Source of the DNA: an uncultured Chloroflexia bacterium
GTDB lineage: Bacteria; Chloroflexota; Anaerolineae; JAAYZQ01
DNA: 64,000 nt
Direction: 5' to 3'
NCBI GenBank assembly: GCA_963700285.1
Contig: CAVOXA010000010.1
Location: 1,728,001-1,792,000, forward strand
The notes beneath the pieces were generated by a model, which made no database searches, was not told where the DNA came from, and saw only the letters and a list, made by a program, of their open reading frames with translations. Of the stretch, positions 52,059 through 60,608 are shown in pieces; the first letter of the stretch is position 1; every line of letters starts with the position of its first letter. The position numbers and the translations under genes were made by a program.

Positions 52059-55000
52059 TTGTCTCTTCTCTCGATCCAGTTATTCGGTACCGTTCGTGTG
52101 ACCCTCAAGGGTGAGCCAGTCACGCGCTTCGAATCGGACAAGGCGCGGGCACTGCTTACCTATCTGGCCGTCGAAGCGGACCGCGCCCACCAACGAGAGA
52201 AGCTGGCCGGTATGCTGTGGCCGGAGTCGACCGAACAGGTGGCCCGCGCCTATCTGCGGCGCCTGTTGGTCAACGTGCGCCAGGCTATCGGCGACTATGA
52301 GGCCGATCCCCCACCTCTACATATCACCCGGCAGACGATCCAGTTCAACGTGCTCAGCGACGCTTGGGTCGACGTCACAGCCTTCCTCAGGCTGGTGCAC
52401 ACCCGGGGACTGACAGACCAAGAGACCGTCCAGCAACTGGAGGACGCGGTCCAGCTCAACCGCGGGGGTTTCCTTGAGGGCTTTTCCCTGGCGGGCAGCC
52501 CGGCCTTCGAGGAGTGGGCGCTACTCAACCGGGAGCATCTCCATCGCCTGGTGATGGACGCCCTGCGCCGTCTGGCTGAGCGATACGAGAGGCAGGGGGA
52601 GTTTGGGCGAGCGTTGCCGCACGCCTGGCGGCAGGTGGAACTCGACCCCTGGCGGGAACAGGCGCACCTGCAGGTGATGCGGCTGCTGGCGCTTAACGGC
52701 CAGCGCGGGGCATCCCTGGCGCAGTATGAAGCCTGCCGCCGGCTACTACGAGACGAACTCGGCGTCCAGCCCTCTGCGGAGACGACCGAGCTCTACGAAG
52801 CCATCCGCAAAGGTGAGTTGATCGCGCGAACCATGGAGCAGCCAGACGACAGAGCATGGTCATCATTCAAGCCGCCTGCCCCGCTGTACAATCTGCCGTC
52901 GCAGGCTACACCCCTTTTTGGTCGGAAAACGGAGTTGGCCGCTCTGGAGGCTCTCCTGGCTGGCGCTGCGGTACGCCTGGTCACGATCACAGGTCCGGGT
53001 GGCATCGGCAAGACGCGGCTGGCGCTGGCAGCCGGTGCCCTCCTCTCCGAAGATCAGCGCGCCGCACGGGCCGGACAGCCTGCCCCCGGTTTCCCTCACG
53101 GCATTGTCTTTGTGCCGCTGGCCCCTTTGGCTCTGCCTGAAGATCTTGCCCCCGCGATCGCCCAGTCCCTTGGACTGACCCTGCAGAGAGGTCAGGACCA
53201 GCTCCTCGACTCCTTGCGTCATAGGCAGCTTCTCCTCATCCTGGACAGCTTTGAGCACCTCTTGACAGGCATTGACTTGCTGATTGACATCATGCGCGCT
53301 GCGCCCGGCGTCAAGCTCCTGGTTACATCCCGCGAGCAGCTTCAGTTGCAGGGCGAGCACCTGTTTCCGATCCAGGGTTTGACGTACCCAGGACAGGACC
53401 CCACGCCATCTGTCCTTGCAGACATGGATGTGGGCGCTTACGCGGCGGCCTACCCGGCCATCAAGCTGTTCGTCGAGACTGTGCACCGCGTCCAGCCAGG
53501 ATTCGAGTTCTGTCCAGACGATGCGGTCGTTGTGACGCGCATCTGCCGCCTCGTGGAGGGCATGCCTCTGGCGCTGGAATTGGCCGCGTCGTGGGCTAAT
53601 AGCCTCTCCCTGGGCGAGATCCTGGCCGAGGCGCGGCAAAGCTTGGACTTCTTGCAGGTGGAATGGCACGATGTTCCCGAGCGGCAGCGCAGCATGCGGG
53701 CCGTGTTTGAGGCCTCGTGGCAGCGGCTCAACGAGGCGGAGCAGGTTGTGTTCTGCCAACTTTCTGTGTTTCGGGGCGGCTTCACGCGGGAAGCCGCCGG
53801 GCAGGTGGTGATAGGGGCCGAAGCTAGCCCCCAGCGACTGGCGACGCTGGTCCGCAAGTCGTTTCTGCAGCACTATCCGGCTGAGTCGCGCTACCAGATC
53901 CGTGAACTGCTGCGCCAATACGGGGCCGAGAAGCTGGCACACGATCCAACTCTTGAGGAAGCGGTGCGTGACGAGCACAGCCGCTATTACTGCGACCTGT
54001 TGGGCCAGCAGGAGATGGGCATCAAGGCTGGAGTGCTGCACGAGATCATGCATGCAATTCAGGGCGACATTGAGAATGTACGTGCTGGCTGCATGTGGGC
54101 TGCTACTGAGGGGCCGCTACAGCGACTCGAGCAAGCAGTCAACCCCCTGGGCTGGTTCTACTACCGGGGATATGCCAGTTTCCAGCAGGGAGAGATCACC
54201 TTCGAGCGCCTTGGCGACGCGTTGGCCGCGGCCGAGACCAGGCCGCCGTCAGGCACACCCCCGCAGCGCACAATGGCCAGAATCCTGGCCTGGCGATCCC
54301 TTTTCCGTACGTATGCATATGACCTGCAGACTAGCGAGCGCCTGCTCGATGAGAGCCGGGCGCAGCTCGATGGCCTAGCTCTGGCTGATGAGGACACCGT
54401 GTTTGAGCGGGCCCTCATCTCCAACCAGTCTGGCTACAACTATCTTTATGCCGACCCCACAAAGGCCCGGCGGCTTTATGCCGAAGCCCTCAAACTCTAT
54501 CGACAGATTGGCCACAAGCTGGGCATGGCCGATGCTCTGTTGGCTGTGGGTCGCGCTGATGCCAGACTGGGTGCGCTGGAGGAGGCGCGAGAAGCCATGA
54601 CCCAGAGCGTCTCTCTATGCCGGGACATGGGCGACCTGGTGAGGGAAAGCGAGTCGGTGGCAGAACTGGGGGCTGTGGTAGCCCTAAGGCAATTCCGGTT
54701 TCAAGAGGCGGAAGACCTGATACGGCAGAGCCTGACTCTCGCGCCAGAGACAAACCGCCACGGCGCCGCCTATGGACTGGCAAGTCTCTGCGGTGTGCAA
54801 CTCCTCACCGGCCAGCTCGTTGAGGCTGAAACCACCGCAACCCAGGGCATCGCTCTCTGGGAGGATCTGGGCTTGCGGGTGTGGATTCTTAGAACTTCGT
54901 TTGTCCTCGCCCGGGCCTGCCTGCATGCTGGAGAGTATCGCGCGGCTCGCGACCAGGCAGAGGCTATGGTTTCGCTGGCCCGCGAAATCAGTTGGGTCCG

Positions 55001-55538
55001 GGGCGTCAGCTACGGGAAGATCGTGCTCGGCGAGGTGGCGCTGGCCAGATCCGCCTTTGCTCAATCATACCAGATCCTGCAAGAAAGCGGGACCGATCTG
55101 AAGCAGGCCTCCGCTGATCCGTGGGACGTAAACCCGTCAGCCTGGCTGGGCCTGGCAGCCCGGGGCCTTGAGCGGGAACCGGAGGCGTGGCGACATCTCA
55201 GCACCGCCCTGGAATGGGCAGGCCGCAATCACCAATTCTATGAACTGATGGTTGCCCTGGCGGGCATTGCGCTCCTGCTGGCCGACGAGGGAGAGGCCGA
55301 ACGAGCGATGGAGCTGTATGCCCTGGCGTCGCGCTATCCCTTCGTGGCGAATTCGCATTGGTTTGAGGACGTTGTCGGACGGCACATCGCAGCCGTCGCC
55401 GCCACCCTACACCCGCAAGCTGCGGCGGCTGCCCAGGAACGCGGCCGGGGCCGGGACCTGGTGGCCACAGTGGGGGAGCTCCTGGTCGAGTTGGGGCGGA
55501 ATGCATCTCCGCCACTTTGCGGCGAATCGCCGGCCTAG
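52059..55538 (+). CDS. AfsR/SARP-type regulator: wHTH + BTAD + NB-ARC-like ATPase + TPR
   Basis: 'KARALLTYLA…REKLAGMLWP', 'DPWREQAH..VMRLL', 'GPGGIGKTRLA', 'LLILDSFEHL', 'GMPLALELAA'. Confidence 0.92.
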   Translation: MSLLSIQLFGTVRVTLKGEPVTRFESDKARALLTYLAVEADRAHQREKLAGMLWPESTEQVARAYLRRLLVNVRQAIGDYEADPPPLHITRQTIQFNVLSDAWVDVTAFLRLVHTRGLTDQETVQQLEDAVQLNRGGFLEGFSLAGSPAFEEWALLNREHLHRLVMDALRRLAERYERQGEFGRALPHAWRQVELDPWREQAHLQVMRLLALNGQRGASLAQYEACRRLLRDELGVQPSAETTELYEAIRKGELIARTMEQPDDRAWSSFKPPAPLYNLPSQATPLFGRKTELAALEALLAGAAVRLVTITGPGGIGKTRLALAAGALLSEDQRAARAGQPAPGFPHGIVFVPLAPLALPEDLAPAIAQSLGLTLQRGQDQLLDSLRHRQLLLILDSFEHLLTGIDLLIDIMRAAPGVKLLVTSREQLQLQGEHLFPIQGLTYPGQDPTPSVLADMDVGAYAAAYPAIKLFVETVHRVQPGFEFCPDDAVVVTRICRLVEGMPLALELAASWANSLSLGEILAEARQSLDFLQVEWHDVPERQRSMRAVFEASWQRLNEAEQVVFCQLSVFRGGFTREAAGQVVIGAEASPQRLATLVRKSFLQHYPAESRYQIRELLRQYGAEKLAHDPTLEEAVRDEHSRYYCDLLGQQEMGIKAGVLHEIMHAIQGDIENVRAGCMWAATEGPLQRLEQAVNPLGWFYYRGYASFQQGEITFERLGDALAAAETRPPSGTPPQRTMARILAWRSLFRTYAYDLQTSERLLDESRAQLDGLALADEDTVFERALISNQSGYNYLYADPTKARRLYAEALKLYRQIGHKLGMADALLAVGRADARLGALEEAREAMTQSVSLCRDMGDLVRESESVAELGAVVALRQFRFQEAEDLIRQSLTLAPETNRHGAAYGLASLCGVQLLTGQLVEAETTATQGIALWEDLGLRVWILRTSFVLARACLHAGEYRAARDQAEAMVSLAREISWVRGVSYGKIVLGEVALARSAFAQSYQILQESGTDLKQASADPWDVNPSAWLGLAARGLEREPEAWRHLSTALEWAGRNHQFYELMVALAGIALLLADEGEAERAMELYALASRYPFVANSHWFEDVVGRHIAAVAATLHPQAAAAAQERGRGRDLVATVGELLVELGRNASPPLCGESPA

Positions 55539-55671
55539 TGTTGGAGGATCGCTGGAGGGAGAGCCTGCACGAGACATCATGTGTCATCTGGCAGGTTCGC
55601 AGCCATCTCTTTGGTCGGTGCAGTCTGAACGTTCTCGTCAGCTGTGGTACATCTGGCTCAAGAGAGTTCAA

Positions 55672-55720
55672 GCCCCGCAAGGGTGGCGACATGGCGTGCG
55701 TTCGAGGTCCCTTGGGGGCA
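55672..55720 (+). repeat. Module-boundary repeat R2 (intact, uninterrupted)
   Basis: GCCCCGCAAGGGTGGCGACATGGCGTGCGTTCGAGGTCCCTTGGGGGCA; last 13 nt identical to the tRNA-Glu 3' end. Confidence 0.92.
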
Positions 55721-55754
55721 TTTTGGTCGCCAGTTAGGACGACATAATAGGAGG

Positions 55755-55790
55755 AAGAGGTCGGACTCAGGACTTGGGTGCGACCTTTTT
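55755..55790 (+). terminator. Hairpin + T-run at the start of module 3
   Basis: AGGTCG.ACTCAG…TTGGGT.CGACCTTTTT. Confidence 0.6.
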
Positions 55791-55995
55791 CGATCATGGT
55801 TAAGTTCGTCTGATGACGGCCGGAGCTATCCAATGCGCCGGGAGGAATAATGTTGCTTGTCTCGCCGAAGCCTAGTTGAGCATCACAATACGCGCTCATT
55901 ACTTGACCTAAAGAGGATTGTCATCTATACTAGCTCTTGAGGGCACTCGAGTAGGAATACGGACAGATTACCGTTATGCCAAGGAGACGACCCGC

Positions 55996-56628
55996 ATGAA
56001 TCAAATGCCATTCTGCCGCATCGGTGTCTTCTATGACGGTTCGTACTTTAACTATGCACAGAGATACTTCTATTTCCAGCGCAAGCTGGGCTGGCTGGGT
56101 TTCCGACCCTTCCACACTCTCATTGAGAGCTATGTCCGCGCCAAGGAGCAGGGCTACAGCAATTACCGAGTCGTCTATGCTTCTTGGTTTCAGGGGCTAT
56201 TTCCGAGTGGTGGTGCCACCGAGCAGCAACTGAGGTTTGACCGCAACCTAAACCACGATCTGCTGCATGCCGGCATTATGCCCATGTACTTGCCAGTCTC
56301 ACAATCAGGGCAAGCAGAAAAGGGGACTGATGTGGCCTTGGCAATTGACGCACTTCAAATCGGGCTGGAAGACAAGATTGATATAGCGGTGCTTGTCAGC
56401 GGTGATGGAGATCTTGTTCCACTGGTACGAGCGCTCATGAAACAGGGCATCAGAGTGATGGCAGCCTACTTCGATTATGAAGAGGGAGAACACAAAAGCT
56501 TCATCAATGAGCGCCTACTTTCTGTCTGCAACTACGATCTGAACGTCAACCAACTTGAGACCGACAAGGATTTCAAGGCAGTCTTCAAGGGTTTGTTCAG
56601 GAAGCCGGAAGCCGACATTGCGACTTGA
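55996..56628 (+). CDS. NYN (LabA/PIN-like) domain protein
   Basis: 'VFYDGSYF', 'EKGTDVALAIDA', 'LVSGDGDLVPLV'. Confidence 0.88.
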   Translation: MNQMPFCRIGVFYDGSYFNYAQRYFYFQRKLGWLGFRPFHTLIESYVRAKEQGYSNYRVVYASWFQGLFPSGGATEQQLRFDRNLNHDLLHAGIMPMYLPVSQSGQAEKGTDVALAIDALQIGLEDKIDIAVLVSGDGDLVPLVRALMKQGIRVMAAYFDYEEGEHKSFINERLLSVCNYDLNVNQLETDKDFKAVFKGLFRKPEADIAT

Positions 56629-56933
56629 GGAGTGAACCAGCAGACATGTGGCATGTACTACCGCCCGCGGAATATCGGCTCACTGACCATGCTCGGTTCG
56701 AGATGGAACGCCGCGGGATCTCGGAGGCAGAGATTGCACGGGTCCTTTCTGCGCCAGGGCAGTCTGATCTGGTTCGACCAGGGAGGGTGGTCTACCAGTC
56801 GCAAATGGAGTTCGAGGAACCTGGAAGGATCTACCTACTACGCGTCTTTGTGGATATTGATCGGCAGCCAGCGGAGGTCGTCACAGCCTACCGCACGAGC
56901 AAGGTCGAGAAGTACTGGAAGAGTGAACCATGA
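56625..56933 (+). CDS. DUF4258 family putative toxin (start uncertain)
   Basis: 'LTDHARFEMERRGISEAEI..VL', 'VVTAY'. Confidence 0.8.
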   Translation: MRSEPADMWHVLPPAEYRLTDHARFEMERRGISEAEIARVLSAPGQSDLVRPGRVVYQSQMEFEEPGRIYLLRVFVDIDRQPAEVVTAYRTSKVEKYWKSEP

Positions 56934-57136
56934 GAGTACGATATGACAGCGAGACAGACACCCTGACTGTCATCTTTGCCGATTCGCCTGTGGCCGAGAG
57001 TGACGAGGACAAGCCTGGCACCATTCTGGACTACGATGTGTCGGGCAATCTGGTATCCATAGAGATTCTCGATGCATCACGGAGGGTGGGGCTGCCCACG
57101 CAAATCGAGTATCAAGTGATGCCAGTTGGTGCGTAG
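56930..57136 (+). CDS. DUF2283 family putative antitoxin
   Basis: 'MRVRYDSETDTL', 'ILDYD..GNLVSIEILDAS'. Confidence 0.88.
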   Translation: MRVRYDSETDTLTVIFADSPVAESDEDKPGTILDYDVSGNLVSIEILDASRRVGLPTQIEYQVMPVGA

Positions 57137-57257
57137 CCAAAGGCCATCATAGGCGCGGCGAAGGGATCATCCTGCTGTCTTGGGGCGTCGACCACTGACC
57201 GGCATGGCGCTGCTCAGGTAGATGAGCACCTTGGGTTGGTTTTCCCACAAGCTCTCA

Positions 57258-57301
57258 GTCCCGCAAGGGTGGCGACATGGTGTGCGTTCGAGGTCCCTTG
57301 G
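57258..57301 (+). repeat. Module-boundary repeat R3 (left part; completed by GGGCA at 58937-58941)
   Basis: GTCCCGCAAGGGTGGCGACATGGTGTGCGTTCGAGGTCCCTTGG; two C>T differences from R1; shares upstream ACAAGCTCTCA with R1. Confidence 0.9.
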
Positions 57302-57461
57302 ACACGCTTTGTCAAGTCCCGCTGTATCCGATGCGCAGGCGCAAACGACGCGGCGATTTACGATAATTGCACCGCGCTTCTGGTACCAACCTTTCCTGGT
57401 GAGCCTTTGACTTGCCAAGTCTTCGAACCCCTACAACGGATTCAGGTACACTTCTGTAGAG

Positions 57462-58676
57462 TTAGGATCTAGGCCGGCGACGCTGAGCACGTTGTTGGAT
57501 GTGGTAAGACTCGTCGTAGGCCTTGCGGTCTTGCCACATCTTCCAGATGATGGCCAGCCAACGATTGGCTAGCCGGCGGTAGGCATCTGAGTCAGAGCGA
57601 CAGCGGGGACGGGCATCGCGCCAGTAAGCCAGTGCCCAGCCCGACTGCCGCACTGAGGCCTTGGCGAACTGCTGGGTAATGCGCCGGAATTCGCGATCGC
57701 AGCCGCGCCGGAAGATGACGACCTTCCGTTTGCCGCTCTGCTTGGTGACGGGGCAGGTGCCGGCCAGGGCCTGAACGCTGGCCGGAGTAGGAAAGCGATC
57801 CCGGTGATCGCCGAACTTAGCCAGGAGCCCTGGTGCCAGCAGCTCCCCTGCACCAGGCAGAGAATCAAAGATGAACGAGTCGGGGTGTTGTGAGAAGAGC
57901 TGGGCCAAGGATGAGCGGGCTTCCGTGCGACGGAGTACCTGGGGCAGGAGCAGTTCCGCCAAGATGCGAACCTGGTCACGATAGGCTGCCACCGCGATGG
58001 GGTTGGCTTCTGGGGCGGGTTCCATCAAGTGAGCATAACGTCGCGAGATGAGATTCGCCCGGCCATACCGATGTTCTCGACAGAAAGCCTCAAAAGCAGC
58101 TCGAGTCAGGCCTTGGGCTTCCTGGGCCGTAGGATAGGCCATGAGGAAGTGGAGGTTGATCTGGGCCGTGAGTTTCCCGAATAGGCCCAGAGCTTGGGGA
58201 TAGATGCGGAACAGGACGGCCCGTAGTTGGTTGGTCTGCCGCTGGATGGAGCGGCGGAGGAGGTCGATGAGCCGCACTTGAGCCAAGATCTGTTGGGTCA
58301 GGGCAGAGTTGGGTTGCAGACGGCGATGGCTATCCAGGTCGGTGTGGAGGATACTGGACAGGAGAGCGGCATCGGTATCATCGGTATGGGCGTCGGTGCT
58401 CCGCTGGCGATTGCGGTAGCCTTTCGTGGCTTGGGGTGGGATGAGATAGACGGGGTAGCCGCGGTCGAGTAAGAAATCGACCAGCAAGTTGTAGGCGGTC
58501 TCGATGGCGACCAAACACTCGCTGGGAGGCACACCCAACTTGCGCCGTTCGTCGTCGAAGCGCTGGAAACCTTCCAGGGTGTGTTTGAATTCGACCTGGC
58601 TCACGATGGCACCTTTGTCATTGCGAATGCACAGGTTATGATGCTGTTCACTCCAGTCAATCCCGAACTTGAACAT
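57462..58676 (-). CDS. IS110 family DEDD recombinase/transposase
   Basis: Near-identical protein to 48745..49959. Confidence 0.93.
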   Translation of the reverse strand: MFKFGIDWSEQHHNLCIRNDKGAIVSQVEFKHTLEGFQRFDDERRKLGVPPSECLVAIETAYNLLVDFLLDRGYPVYLIPPQATKGYRNRQRSTDAHTDDTDAALLSSILHTDLDSHRRLQPNSALTQQILAQVRLIDLLRRSIQRQTNQLRAVLFRIYPQALGLFGKLTAQINLHFLMAYPTAQEAQGLTRAAFEAFCREHRYGRANLISRRYAHLMEPAPEANPIAVAAYRDQVRILAELLLPQVLRRTEARSSLAQLFSQHPDSFIFDSLPGAGELLAPGLLAKFGDHRDRFPTPASVQALAGTCPVTKQSGKRKVVIFRRGCDREFRRITQQFAKASVRQSGWALAYWRDARPRCRSDSDAYRRLANRWLAIIWKMWQDRKAYDESYHIQQRAQRRRPRS

Positions 58677-58707
58677 TGAACGCCTCCTTCGGGTTCTTTG
58701 TGCCCAT

Positions 58708-58915
58708 CGGAGCATGCGGACCACCGTGTTCCTATTATGGCGCTCGTAGCGCAGCACGCTTTCGACAGTGCCGTCCGGCTAGCCCGGGGGGACCATCCAA
58801 GGGTGGCGCTCGCGGCGCTGGGGGCACGCGGTCCTCTGATCCCGGGCGAGTCTCCGATGGGGTCAGCCTGGCAAGTGGCTGCTCACCGCTTCCAGTCTAC
58901 CCCATCGGTTGACTC
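58708..58915 (-). ncRNA. Predicted bridge RNA of IS110 copy 2 (boundaries approximate)
   Basis: Same guides on the + strand: CCTATTA 58731-58737, CACGCTTT 58755-58762, CCAAGGG 58797-58803, GGGGGCA 58820-58826. Confidence 0.8.
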
Positions 58916-58975
58916 CATACAAGTATAGCTAATAGGGGGCATAGCGAGTTATCGATAAATCGATCTCAGTAGCAG

Positions 58976-59004
58976 AGGACCGGCTCAGATGGCCGGTCCT
59001 TTTG
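58976..59004 (+). terminator. Hairpin + T-run at the start of module 4
   Basis: AGGACCGGC…GCCGGTCCTTTTG. Confidence 0.65.
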
Positions 59005-59062
59005 TTCCCAAGGCCCGCAACACCGCTGCCCGATCTGGACAAATCTTGGTTTCTAGGCGATA

Positions 59063-59105
59063 ATGTGTGCATATGGTTCAGGATTTTTGTGTTTTTTGCA
59101 CACAT
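59063..59105. promoter_or_regulatory. Inverted repeat, candidate AbiEi operator
   Basis: ATGTGTGCA…TGCACACAT directly upstream of abiEi. Confidence 0.5.
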
Positions 59106-59124
59106 GAGGAACACCTCTGAAGAG

Positions 59125-59706
59125 ATGCCAGACCATAATGCACTATACCAAACTGCCGAGCAGCAGGCAGGGTACTTTACTGCGGCACAGGCCAGGAAGG
59201 CCGGCTTCAGTTCGTCGTTGCTTTCCTACCACCTGGATACCGGTCGCTTTGCCCGGGTGAGGCCACGCGTTTACCGTCTTGTCCAGTTCCCGGCTTCGCC
59301 CCACGAGGATCTGTACGTGGCCTGGCTGCAAGCCGGCCCCGACGCCGTCATCTCCCACGACAGCGCCCTGGCGCTGTATGATCTTTCGGATCTCCTTCCC
59401 GATCAGATCCACATCACGGTGCCACGGACGGCCTCACGACGGCGACAGGGGCTCCGGCTGCACACCAAGCACCTGGCTCAGGAGGAGGTGACCCGCTACG
59501 AAGGGCTGCCCGTCACCACTGTGCTGCGGACGCTGGTCGATGTTGCTGGCGCCGGTTTGGCCGACGAACAGGTTCAGCAGGCCATCCGGGAGGCCCTACG
59601 CCGCGGGCTGGTGACTCGAGAGAGCCTGCTCCGGCTAGCTGCCTGTCGCAGGATCCGGCTCGGACGACTCATCGAGGAGACACTGCACAAAGGGGAGCAT
59701 CGATGA
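59125..59706 (+). CDS. Type IV TA antitoxin, AbiEi family
   Basis: 'AEQQAGYFTAAQA…GRF.RV..RVYRL', 'AVISHDSAL.L', 'LPVTTVLRTLVD'. Confidence 0.85.
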   Translation: MPDHNALYQTAEQQAGYFTAAQARKAGFSSSLLSYHLDTGRFARVRPRVYRLVQFPASPHEDLYVAWLQAGPDAVISHDSALALYDLSDLLPDQIHITVPRTASRRRQGLRLHTKHLAQEEVTRYEGLPVTTVLRTLVDVAGAGLADEQVQQAIREALRRGLVTRESLLRLAACRRIRLGRLIEETLHKGEHR

Positions 59707-60590
59707 ACTACGACAGTGGTGCAAGCTTTCGCCGAGCCCTGGAGGATCGACTGCGCTCTCAGAGCCTGCAAACCGGAGCGCCCCTGGTCCGGCTACGCAA
59801 GATGGTCGCCTTTGACCGTTTCCTGGTGCGGCTCGTACAGGACCAGCCCAATGCCTGGGTGCTCAAAGGTGGGCTGGCCCTGCAACTGCGACTTGGAGAG
59901 AGGGCTCGGACGACGAAAGACATCGATGTGCTTCTGCTTACTCCTCATGAGGATGTTCATCAGTCATTGGTCCGCGCCGCCCTGTTGGATCTGGGAGATT
60001 GGTTCCAGTTCCAGGTGGAACGGTCCCCGGCTGAGGTGCCTGCCGAACCGGTCGGCGGAGTGCGCTTTCAGGTGCAGGGCCTGCTCGACAGGCGGCGCTT
60101 CGAGACCTTTCACATAGACGTCGGGTGGGGGGATCGACTGCTTGATACGGTGGAAACCCTGGTCACGCCGGCACTGCTGGCCTTTGCTAACATCCCACCA
60201 ACCGAGGTCCCCAGTTATCCATTGCCGCAGCAGATTGCTGAAAAAGTCCATGCCTACACGCGGCCGCGTGCCACTGGCGAAGGTAGCCGAGTGAAAGACA
60301 TGGTCGACATCCTGTTGATCGCCGAGCTCAGACCAATGCACGGACAGGCTTTGGCCCAGGCACTCCAGGCAACGTTCGACACACGCACAACCCACGCGTT
60401 GCCCTTGCACCTGCCCAATCCGCCATCCACCTGGGCTGCACCCTTTCGCAGGCTCGCCGAGGAAACCGGCCTGGGTTATCAAACGCTCACTGGTGCCAGT
60501 GAAGCTGCCCGGCGTTTCCTCGATCCTGTCCTACGAGGCGAAACATTCGGGCTATGGGATCCAATGACGTGGTCCTGGCAGCCACTGTGA
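59703..60590 (+). CDS. AbiEii/AbiGii nucleotidyltransferase toxin
   Basis: 'WVLKGGLAL', 'ARTTKDID', 'AEKVHA', 'SRVKDMVD'. Confidence 0.9.
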   Translation: MNYDSGASFRRALEDRLRSQSLQTGAPLVRLRKMVAFDRFLVRLVQDQPNAWVLKGGLALQLRLGERARTTKDIDVLLLTPHEDVHQSLVRAALLDLGDWFQFQVERSPAEVPAEPVGGVRFQVQGLLDRRRFETFHIDVGWGDRLLDTVETLVTPALLAFANIPPTEVPSYPLPQQIAEKVHAYTRPRATGEGSRVKDMVDILLIAELRPMHGQALAQALQATFDTRTTHALPLHLPNPPSTWAAPFRRLAEETGLGYQTLTGASEAARRFLDPVLRGETFGLWDPMTWSWQPL

Positions 60591-60608
60591 TTGACGAGCG
60601 CGATGCGA

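Larger units (their letters stand above)
57300..58936 (-). mobile_element. IS110-family element, copy 2
   Basis: Same ends (GG-ACACGCTTTGTCAA…AGTATAGCTAATA-GG) and same insertion point as copy 1. Confidence 0.92.

Noticed and set aside
52863-54053. Long antisense/overlapping ORFs (e.g. 52863..54053, 26404..27315, 29647..30624, 37361..38059)
   Set aside because: Shadow frames of well-supported genes in GC-rich DNA, with no recognisable motifs.
55672-55720. Repeats as additional functional tRNA genes
   Set aside because: Only 49 nt, with no D arm or anticodon arm.
55672-55740. Repeats as canonical integron attC sites
   Set aside because: No RYYYAAC…GTTRRRY box pair and no intI in the window; the core is tRNA-derived.
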